NCBI GenBank assembly: GCA_018985225.1
Contig: JADGIF010000214.1
Location: 1-14,242 of the forward strand
Source of the DNA: Amoeboradix gromovi X-113
Lineage: Eukaryota; Fungi; Sanchytriomycota
Direction of reading: 5' to 3'
Length of the DNA: 14,242 bases
How positions within the stretch are numbered: the first letter of the stretch is position 1; each line of letters begins with the position of its first letter. Shown in pieces: positions 1 through 7,455 of this stretch. Made by a program: the position numbers and the translations under genes. The notes beneath the pieces are model-generated. The model worked only from the letters and a program-made list of their open reading frames with translations. It ran no database searches and was not told where the DNA came from.

Positions 1-205
1 TGCCTTTGACGATAGGTCTTCAATAATCATGATACCATGTTGTTCTTTACCTCTTTTCGATTCTTGCTGATATGAATTAGTAAAAATCAAATGTTTGTAT
101 TGTGAAGCTGAAAATGAAACGCTTTCAGTGCTATAAATTTGTATACATATTATTTTAATTGATTCATCAAGACTCTATCCAATGATTGACATACAGCGAT
201 ATCGC

Positions 206-478
206 TCAAGAAATATCTTGAAAAAAAGCAATTCTAGTGAGCGATGTTATCTCAAAGGCCAATCCATACGATTCCAATAATCAATTCATGAACAGATATG
301 TCCAAGAATTCGCATGATGCATCATTCTTACAATTCCAAAGATCTTTCCTTTATGATCAGGATCTTTTAAGATAGTATTCAACGTGTCGCGAACCACTCG
401 ATATTTACTAAGATCATCCAAGAACTCAATTTCTTCTTCAACATCATCTCCTGGTAGTCTCTAACGTTTACGATATAT
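206..478 (-). pseudogene. Probable Fanzor1 N-terminal remnant (pseudogene fragment)
   Basis: Hand translation: IYRKR*RLPGDDVEEEIEFLDDLSKYRVVRDTLNTILKDPDHKGKIFGIVRMMHHANSWTYLFMN*LLESYG... with stops at 461-463 and 281-283. The segment YRVVRDTLNTILKDP...IFGIVRMMHH...TYLFMNxLL fits my recollection of the Fanzor1 N-terminal pattern (K-T/C-S-L-x2-IL...I-x2-I/L-V-x2-M/C...TY-x-F-x3-LL). No RuvC part is visible in the window. Confidence 0.5.
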
Positions 479-540
479 TAGATTGAATAGTTTTATTACT
501 TTATGAGATCATATGAAACAAATTGTTTGACTTCAATGGA

Positions 541-726
541 GAGATGGGACAGCAATTACTCCTCGTTAAAAGACCTTATTTGCGAGAAAATCGAGAATTT
601 CCACAGAGAAAGTAGCAATGCTAGATCTCCGTTACAGTGATTGCTCACGCTTTCACTATCCTGACGCGGGATTAAATAAGGATGCAGATACTTGATGTAT
701 ATGTTTCTTGCTGCCATATGATCTCT
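541..726 (-). ncRNA. Candidate Fanzor omegaRNA (scaffold ~726-561, putative guide 560-541)
   Basis: Position at the 3' end of the Fanzor ORF up to the right end, as in TnpB/Fanzor2 systems. Hairpins TAGTGA(658-653)/TCACTG(640-635) capped by GC-GTGA-GC, and ACGGAG(632-627)/CTCTGT(608-603). The 5' boundary and expression are unknown. Confidence 0.5.
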
Positions 727-891
727 ATTTATCTTCAAATGACACTTTTTACAGGTTCAGGTTTCTAAGTTGGTTTTCTTTGGAGTACCACACCTTGTAC
801 ATGTCTGACTAGTAAATGCTTCATTGCATATGATTATCGTCTTTCCTCTTTGTTTACACTTGAATTTCAAGCGTTCCTTGAATAAATTGTA
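561..891 (-). pseudogene. Fanzor2 (IS607 TnpB-like) C-terminal remnant: zinc ribbon plus RuvC-III
   Basis: YNLFKERLKFKCKQRGKTIIICNEAFTSQTCTRCGTPKKTNLET*TCKKCHLKINRDHMAARNIYIKYL. This shows the TnpB/Fanzor signature F-x2-RL-x-F/Y-K...NEAFTSQTCxxCG...CxxC...RDxxAARNI. In-frame TGA at 757-759 and a 1-nt deletion near 611-628 relative to the other copies. Confidence 0.92.
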
Positions 892-911
892 CAGATATCA
901 CTGTCTAGGCA

Positions 912-998
912 TTGAAGACATCTAATTCTTCCATGTTTGGACCAGTTACTCAGTGTTGATGAATGTACGCTGTACCTGCTAGTTATTTCTTTAGCTCT
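912..998 (-). pseudogene. tnpA: IS607-family serine transposase TnpA, N-terminal HTH remnant
   Basis: RAKEITSRYSVHSSTLSNWSKHGRIRCLQ matches the MerR/excisionase-like HTH that begins IS607 TnpA (V-x3-TLRxW-x3-G-K/R-I-x-C). The start codon region is deleted relative to copy B. Confidence 0.8.
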
Positions 999-1620
999 GA
1001 TTTACCACTTGTGAAAAGGAAGAATATCGAGTGTTTAAGCTATTAGAAAAATCTGGAAAAGTCTTGAAATTATACAAAAATGTATACAAATTCACGATAA
1101 TGATTTATTCAAGAAAACAATCGGGCTGTATTGGACCCCAAGAGTTTTTGCACTGCCATGTCGCATAAATTTTGATTTAGTAGTACCAATGAGAGTTGGC
1201 GCGTAAGCATCCGACTTCTTTTTACATAACCAAGCTTTGCTAGTTTGTTTATCTCATTTTCACTATGGTATGGATACTTTTTGAAGTGTTCCACAACATC
1301 AAGTAAGACTTAATTGATGAGTATCACTGCTCCCTACAAGCCAGGCTTATAACTGCAATCATCATAGCATGTCACGTTCGTATCACATTAGTTCTCTACC
1401 ATTGCAACCAACGCTCTTAGCCAGTAATTTTTCACTATCGGTTCTCAAAATCCCAAATCTTTTCTTGTTTCGGTGATTGTTATGTTGCTAGTGTGAAGAG
1501 ATTTATATTGTAGCTATATTTTGGGTTCTTTTTGATCAAGTCTCACAAAAATAAATGATCTCTATTTCTTTTTACTATCCACTTTTACCCCCGGTCTACT
1601 CTTCAAAGAGCATATCTCAA

Positions 1621-2331
1621 ATGTTATCAATGAAGAAACTCCCAAGCAAGAAAACAATTGCGTTCTTTAGTACCGCACTGACTCTTCTGGGTGCAATAAA
1701 GTATGATCAGTATAAACAATCCCAAGTAGCCAAATCGTTGGCAGAAACTATGTCAAAGTATGCAAATGAACCACTAGAAATAGACCAGCTTCCTACCAGA
1801 ATTTGCTTATATATATTGCCAAGCTTTGATGACACTACGACATTTAGATCTGAAAAATTTGTAAAAGGATTTATTTTACCAATTTTGAACAAATCTGGGC
1901 TTGATGTTCGCATTGCTAATGCCGATAGTAAAGAGGAACTTAGAGAAATGATCAGCTCAAATTTTGGTGCTCAACCAGCTCTTGCACCATTTTACTACCA
2001 ATGGAGCTATGCTAGACATGTCGGAGTTGGATCAGAATCAACAAGGTTGCTTGCAGAGGTTCAGGATGAATGTAAAATGGAGTTTAATTCAAAGTTGGCA
2101 GATTATCAAAAAGAGTATCAGGTTCTGAAAAGCAAAAGTTGGATATTTACTCCAAAATACGAACCACCTGTATTTATAGAGCCAAAAATTGATGAACTGC
2201 CTTTGAATGTTACCAAAGGATTTAAACAGTTACATTTGACAACCTACAATCTCTTCTCAAGGTCTAAAGAAATGCTAAAAACTGGTAGTAGAGTAGTAGA
2301 GCTGGTAAAAAGCATACACGATGAGTTTTAA
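1621..2331 (+). CDS. TIM54: Mitochondrial inner membrane translocase subunit Tim54
   Basis: KLPSKKTIAFF-TM-IKYDQYKQ...ANEPLEIDQLPTRICLYILP...KGFILPILNKSGLD matches the fungal Tim54 N-terminal pattern (LPS-x-NW-x-IF...YD...EPL...LPRKITV...YVKPIL-x-AAGLD). The ORF is open from 1555; ATG 1621 or 1630 fits the homology better. Confidence 0.85.
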   Translation: MLSMKKLPSKKTIAFFSTALTLLGAIKYDQYKQSQVAKSLAETMSKYANEPLEIDQLPTRICLYILPSFDDTTTFRSEKFVKGFILPILNKSGLDVRIANADSKEELREMISSNFGAQPALAPFYYQWSYARHVGVGSESTRLLAEVQDECKMEFNSKLADYQKEYQVLKSKSWIFTPKYEPPVFIEPKIDELPLNVTKGFKQLHLTTYNLFSRSKEMLKTGSRVVELVKSIHDEF

Positions 2332-2384
2332 TTGAATAAATTTATTTTTAAAGCATTTACATAGTTTTAGGCCAAATATTTGAG

Positions 2385-3356
2385 ATGTTACAGCTTTTAA
2401 AAAACTGTTTGTTAAGTGGGGATCTGATGCCTTGCTTTGAGCGTCTAATAGAGTGCGTACAAACTGAAAATGTAGCTGATATTATCAAGCAGGGTCCTGA
2501 ATTATTAGAGTTGGCTAAATCTAGCGGACTGGTTCATTTGGAAGCTGCCCTTGATCAAATTATAATAAACAAACAAGCCAAAAATGAAACAGAATTGCCT
2601 GCTATAGACGTTGAGAAAATGAAAAAGCTACTCGAGCCGATTCAACTGCCTGTTATAAAACACTATTTCGCTGATATTATTTTTCCTAGACATGATGAAA
2701 CAGTAGATTTATTAAGAAATCACAAAAGACTATCAGAACTTTATAAAGAAACTACTGAGCAATTTTTGGTGGACCAAAATACTGCCGGTGAAATTGTTAC
2801 TCGATGTGCGAACTTGTTAGAGAGTACATTTCATCAGCAAATCCAAGAACTTTGTAAAACAAAAGATTCTCTTACGAAGAGGATAAATCAGTTAAACGAA
2901 CAATTCGCTCCACTAAAAAGTTCTGTAGAGTTGAATCAAAATTCTCGTTATGAACTAGAGTGGACGGAATACAAATTAAAAAGAATGAACTCTGCTAAGA
3001 ATGATCTTTTAAAAAGCATTTCGTTTATTCAGCATCAAGCATCACATGGATACTTAACTGAAAACAGCGTAGCCACTGAATATTATGAGCTATTGTATAG
3101 AGACAAAATAATTAGATATCAAAGTACTCAGTTAGCTAGTGCAACTAATCCTGTCCAAAAAGAGTACAAGAGACTACTAAAATACATGTCTATAGTTACT
3201 AATATTCCCCCAGTTGTCTTGGATGACAATTTGCTAAACATTTCTGACGCGTTGGAAAATGAAGGCTACATTGATTTCTCAATAGCAAGAGAATTATTAA
3301 CTGTAAAAAGTTCAAAACATTCATTTACTCGTGCTGACTCTGGTATGTCCTATTAA
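2385..3356 (+). CDS. 323-aa coiled-coil protein with a Swi6/Mbp1/Cdc10-like C-terminal motif
   Basis: Long ATG-TAA ORF with heptad-rich central region. The C-terminal EYKRLLKYMSIVTNIPPVVLDDNLLNISDALENEG resembles the SBF/MBF C-terminal association region. The CDS is secure; the family call is tentative. Confidence 0.6.
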   Translation: MLQLLKNCLLSGDLMPCFERLIECVQTENVADIIKQGPELLELAKSSGLVHLEAALDQIIINKQAKNETELPAIDVEKMKKLLEPIQLPVIKHYFADIIFPRHDETVDLLRNHKRLSELYKETTEQFLVDQNTAGEIVTRCANLLESTFHQQIQELCKTKDSLTKRINQLNEQFAPLKSSVELNQNSRYELEWTEYKLKRMNSAKNDLLKSISFIQHQASHGYLTENSVATEYYELLYRDKIIRYQSTQLASATNPVQKEYKRLLKYMSIVTNIPPVVLDDNLLNISDALENEGYIDFSIARELLTVKSSKHSFTRADSGMSY

Positions 3357-3373
3357 TAAATAAATTATAAATA

Positions 3374-3673
3374 CTAATGCTGGTGTTTATATTTTGGTTT
3401 TCTTTCATACCCGTTCAAGTTTTGATCGTCCTCGCTTATATCAGAATCACTATCTGTCTCATCACAATTATGAGGCTTTCTATATATACAGCAAACCTTG
3501 GATTTCTTCTTATTCATGTTTTCATTGTTAACCACTCCCTCAGCAAACTGTACTCTTCTTTCTGTTGGATTTACGGTTGGTTGAATTCTCAAAGTAACAT
3601 CAGTCTCCTGCGCAGCAATAGTCTGAGTTCTTGATGAATTACTTAGTTTGGAAGCATCTGTTTGCTGTTGCAT
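3374..3673 (-). CDS. YPI1: Protein phosphatase 1 inhibitor-3 (Ypi1/PPP1R11)
   Basis: RRVQFAEGVVNNENMNKKKSKVCCIYRKP carries the RVxF motif and the family KKKSKxCCIY signature, followed by an acidic tract and NGYERKPK. Confidence 0.93.
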   Translation of the reverse strand: MQQQTDASKLSNSSRTQTIAAQETDVTLRIQPTVNPTERRVQFAEGVVNNENMNKKKSKVCCIYRKPHNCDETDSDSDISEDDQNLNGYERKPKYKHQH

Positions 3674-4006
3674 TAGTGTTTCAAGTGGCCAACACCTACG
3701 TTTAGATGTGAAGATCCCTCAATTACTTGGATAGATCACACACTTTGAGCATAGAAAGCTTATATAGAGCTCTTCTAAGACCAATAAGCATGTAAGAAGT
3801 TTAGATAATATGCGTTCCGTCTCTCGCCAATTTGTTGGTGGTGAATGTTTATCCGTTCAAGTTTTGCATAAAAATTGCCCAGAATTATAAGTTTATTCTC
3901 GAGACTTATTACTGAAATTTTACTTACTTTTTAGCAGTTTAAACAAATATGCACAATTCCAAACCATTGAGATTTATTTTTTACTAATTCTAGCATGTTT
4001 TATTAT

Positions 4007-5430
4007 TTACTCGATTATCATTCTTGACATCTCGTCCTCAATTAAAATAACCGAATCTCTCTTATAATGTTTCCTCTTTAGGACTAACAACAAGTTGTTT
4101 CCTCTCTGTTTCACACTCTTGCTTTCATGATCAAACCTTTCTAAAGCGGTTTGCAAGGCCAGCAGTTGTGGTTTTATGCTCGCGAACAATGAGTCTGAGC
4201 AGCTTTCAACAAAATAGAGCGAGTCAATTGCTTTTTTAGACAAATTTGGTTCCAATAAACAATTTGCGAGCGTCTCTATTAAGTTACTGATTACCAGGTG
4301 GCTAAATTAATACGCGGTTACTATAATATGTCTTCTCCCATTGTAGTACAATTGCTGAGTATCCACAAACACTCAACCTTTATAGCATACGAGGATGCTG
4401 AGCTTTGCAGCATGAACAGCACTTTTGATAATATCTGAAAATCGTGTAATGCTTTGCCATGTGCGTCAGACGCTGCGATATTTGACAAGCACATTAAACA
4501 TTCCTTCAAGAGCATAGGATGCTGTGTGTCCAGAAAGCTTAGTATATCGTTCATTTTATTATTAGCAAGTACAAGCGCAGTCTCTGCATTGTCGCCAGCA
4601 ACGATATTAGTCAAAACTCTGAATGTTGGGATAAGTACATTAGGGTATTTGAACCGCTTTAAAACCTGGAATAAACCGGATACTAACTCATCATTAATAA
4701 GCTGTTTACGCCTTGTAGTAGATATTGAGTGCAGTGCACGAGTAACACCCCAGCAAAAGTCAATAATAGTTTGATCATCGTTGCAATTCAGAATGTTAAT
4801 GTTGTAAATGCAGTAAGAGAGGTCATTCACAAGTAAACCCCAGTACTCATTATTAGCCTGCAGACGACACAAGTTGCTCAAAACCCAGCTATACACTTTT
4901 AAAGGAAACTCCGAGCTCAAGTCACATTTGGAAATAAAAAAAGAGAAACCATTAAATGGGGCCAAATTTTCCATTATTCTTTCTCTATATCCAATACCAG
5001 CGTCTCCGCTTATGTTTCCCAGACACCATAATGCTTGCAGCACTACATCCTGACTTTCTGAGGATAATAAAAACGTCATAAGTTCTATTATCCCATGTTT
5101 TATTAATAATTCAGTTTGTCTTTCATTTCCGGCTGATAGGTTGGTTAATATCCAACAAATTTCGTATATATCTGAGTGTTGTGAAATCTTGGCATATTGC
5201 CACAAGTACGTTAGAATGTCTAGGGCAAGTATTTTGTCAATAGCATCCGAGTTGCAGGTGCATAAATATTTACGTAGTTCGATTAAAGCCTCTGACACTG
5301 AATTACCATAAACTAAGCAGTCACGAATATAATCTAAGTTAAACATCCGAGGCTCTACAATTCTGAGGTTCGAAATTTTACTTTCTAAAGCTGCCAGATC
5401 AAAATCTATATCAACGACCCTCTTGGACAT
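4007..5430 (-). CDS. Importin-alpha-like ARM-repeat protein, two exons (5430-4322, 4301-4007; 467 aa)
   Basis: Importin-alpha ARM motifs EICWILTNLSAG, QALWCLGNISGD, WVLSNLCR, RVLTNIVAGD, KECLMCLSNIAA and ECLWILSN. Removing the 20-nt intron joins ORFs 4321-5541 and 4007-4255 as EDILYHLVISNLIETLANCLLEP. An alternative in-frame ATG exists at 5526. Confidence 0.85.
4302..4321 (-). other. 20-nt spliceosomal intron
   Basis: GTAACCGCGTATTAATTTAG. Excision removes the TAG stop and restores the frame of the next ARM helix. Confidence 0.85.
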
Positions 5431-5583
5431 TGAATACAAGGTGAAACAAGTGACCTGCTTTATGCAAGTAGACTTGGAGTAGAAGGAGATGTCAAAGAAA
5501 AAGAGGATACTAGATGACGCTACCATGCAGTATCTAAGCACTTCTTTGGAACTAGAAATATTAGAGACATTGGAAGCAGAGAG

Positions 5584-6077
5584 CTATTGAATTTTTTAAA
5601 ACAAATCATTTATCGAGAATTTGTATGTATTTTATATAATTTCATGACTTTTCCAGATTTATACGATACCTTAATTACTCGACATTCTTCACTTCGCAAG
5701 TGATAAATTGGAATCAATGTATGTCATCCGGAATATTTCAAATCTAAAGAGACAACTAATAGTTACATTATACATCAACGTTGAGGAACTGGCCCAATCA
5801 TGAAGAAATTAGACGTCTTTCAACCCATCCTCCAAAGAGATCAACAATAAATAAACCTTAATACCATTTATTTAATAATTCATGCATGATTTTTCTTACC
5901 ACGAGTGCAGCAACAGAGACCACATGGCAGCAAGGAATATATACAAGTATATACACCCTTATTCAATCCCACCTCAGGGTAGTGAAAGAATGAGAAGTCA
6001 CTGTAACGGATTTACTAGTACCGATAGTTTCTCTGTGGAAATTCTCGATTTTCTCGGAAATCAGGACTTCTAGCGAG
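5584..6077 (+). mobile_element. Non-autonomous IS607-type/Fanzor2 element (copy B1)
   Basis: 5600-5825 aligns to the reverse complement of 1109-910. It has a frameshifted TnpA start at 5721-5820 (EYFKSKETTNSYIIH/TLRNWPNHEEIRRL). 5912-6077 encodes NRDHMAARNIYKYIHPY...NQDF* and is about 81% identical (hand alignment) to copy A 726-562, ending TAGCGAG. Confidence 0.85.
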
Positions 6078-6240
6078 ACCACATGGCTTCAAGGAACATT
6101 AATTTGAAATGTGTGCACCATTACTCAATTCAGCATCAGATTATTAGAAGCTTGAGCAGTCGTTGTAACGGAACGAATGGCTATTACAGTTTCTCTGTAT
6201 AAATTCTTGGTTATCTCTAAAATCAGGACTATTAATAAGG
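6074..6240 (+). repeat. Second tandem Fanzor2 3'-end/omegaRNA unit (copy B2)
   Basis: RDHMASRNINLKCVHHYSIQHQ...CNG...SFSV*. Colinear with 5915-6077 at about 68% identity (hand alignment), ends TAATAAG(G), and shares CGAG (6074-6077) with the end of B1. Confidence 0.85.
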
Positions 6241-6270
6241 GACGCTTGAATGAAATCACAATAAATTAGT

Positions 6271-7332
6271 TTATTCACAATAAATAATTACGGGCTCCCC
6301 TGCATCAATGGCTTTATCAAGCTCCTTGTCGTTTGATATCCTGTCCATATTAGGCTTTTCGCCAAACAGATCAACCTCGGCGTTACATTTCTTCCGAAGC
6401 TTTCTTAGCAACTCATCAAAAGTAACATCATCTGGAGCCATGAGAATTTTCGCTTTTCCGTTGTAAATAAATTTGACTTTAATTCTTCCTTTTGATGCAG
6501 AAACTGGGGTGGAAGCAGTCAACGGAGTAGGTGGAGAAGGTAACGCTTTAGATGTTGAGGCAGAGTTTGTGATAATGTGATGCGGAACTCTAGCGCCCGC
6601 TCTATCTAGTGATATAGTATGCGCCTGGTTATCTGATTTATGAGAAAGGATATGTGGCGAAGAACTGCTTCTTTCAATTCTTCCTAAAAACCCAGTAAAA
6701 ATGTCTCCATCCTCTACAGCAGCTATAATCTTGCTTTTTCCTAAATAATCTACTTTTTCATCCTTTGTTATTTTATTACTTGGCGGACAAAACACTTCCA
6801 CAATCTCTGCTAACATGAAAGGTACAGTAGCTAAATCCGCGAGCTTTAAAGTTAAGCTTGGATGATTTTCCGGCGAGACTTCTTGAGCAGCTTTCAAGTC
6901 ATCTTGGGCATAGTTATTTCTTTTTACCATATAATAACAAATCCCGCGATTTAGTAAGATATCTGCTGATTCTAGAACTAAGTTAAGACCGAGCTGCGTG
7001 TAATCTATCATATGATTTCCTCTAAGTCTTTCCAAGCACTCGTTAAATTCGCCAACTGCTTCGTTAAATCTATCGTTCTCGCAATAACAAACGCCTTTCA
7101 TAAAATAAGCTATGGCAAACCACGGATCCAGTAGTGTCGCCTTTGAAAATGCCTTTATGGCATCTTGGTTTTGACCTCTTACGCGATATATAATTCCGAT
7201 GTTATAATATATCTTGGATGTCTTTTTTAATTTTTTGAACATAAACAAAGAGTCCTTAAGTTCATCCCTATCGTAATGACTTATAGCTGCAGACCATAGT
7301 AATATTTCTTCCTTAAGCGATCCGATGGACAT
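6271..7332 (-). CDS. noxR: NADPH oxidase regulator NoxR (p67phox-like; TPR plus PB1)
   Basis: SLKEEILLWSAAISHYD...TSKIYYNIG...LDPWFAIAYFMKGV...LRGNHMIDYTQLGL...LLNRGICY...DYLGKSKIIAAV...FTGF, and a C-terminal PB1 (IKVKFIY...FDEL). First ATG at 7332. Confidence 0.93.
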   Translation of the reverse strand: MSIGSLKEEILLWSAAISHYDRDELKDSLFMFKKLKKTSKIYYNIGIIYRVRGQNQDAIKAFSKATLLDPWFAIAYFMKGVCYCENDRFNEAVGEFNECLERLRGNHMIDYTQLGLNLVLESADILLNRGICYYMVKRNNYAQDDLKAAQEVSPENHPSLTLKLADLATVPFMLAEIVEVFCPPSNKITKDEKVDYLGKSKIIAAVEDGDIFTGFLGRIERSSSSPHILSHKSDNQAHTISLDRAGARVPHHIITNSASTSKALPSPPTPLTASTPVSASKGRIKVKFIYNGKAKILMAPDDVTFDELLRKLRKKCNAEVDLFGEKPNMDRISNDKELDKAIDAGEPVIIYCE

Positions 7333-7455
7333 ATTTGTTTCGAACAAGAGGCTAATTTATCTTGGGTCAAGCTTCATGGACCAATCACATGATATTAAAT
7401 GAATCAATATTGCAAACGAAATTAAACCAATGAAGGACGATTGTAATTTATTGAT

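Larger units (their letters stand above)
561..1125 (-). mobile_element. Non-autonomous, internally deleted IS607-type/Fanzor2 element (copy A)
   Basis: Order on the minus strand: left-end region homologous to 5584-5710, TnpA HTH remnant (998-912), deletion junction near 900, TnpB/Fanzor C-terminus (891-~566), right end TAACGAG(G) at 561-562. Homology with the 5584-6240 copies stops at both ends. The left boundary is uncertain by about 15 nt. Confidence 0.85.

Noticed and set aside
136-148. AATTTGTATACAT identical to part of copy A's left end
   Set aside because: 13 nt of AT-rich sequence with no flanking extension; expected by chance.
1-173. Open minus-strand frame ending ...GIMIIEDLSSKA at the window edge, reminiscent of TnpB RuvC-II (IxxEDL)
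   Set aside because: Only a short motif, truncated by the window, with no supporting context.
281-759. In-frame TGA at plausible Trp positions in both Fanzor relics, suggesting TGA=Trp recoding
   Set aside because: Host ORFs have no internal TGA, IFT80 appears to stop at TGA (8158-8160), and the relics carry other lesions. TGG-to-TGA decay is simpler.
1109-1294. 61-aa minus-strand ORF with a faint Tc1/IS630-like look (LAKLGY)
   Set aside because: GTG start, runs into the element's left end, and has no DDE or other diagnostic motif.
3411-3868. Repeated 14-mer CCGTTCAAGTTTTG near 3411 and 3855
   Set aside because: One exact 14-mer pair is about chance level in 14 kb of AT-rich DNA and does not extend.
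5489-5590. Small plus-strand ORF MSKKKRILDDATMQYLSTSLELEILETLEAESY beside copy B's left end
   Set aside because: 33 aa with no recognisable family. It also does not encode the zinc ribbon expected if this flank were the upstream half of B2.
5912-6240. CRISPR array interpretation of the tandem units
   Set aside because: The units are ~165 bp degenerate coding-derived sequences with no separate spacers and no cas genes.
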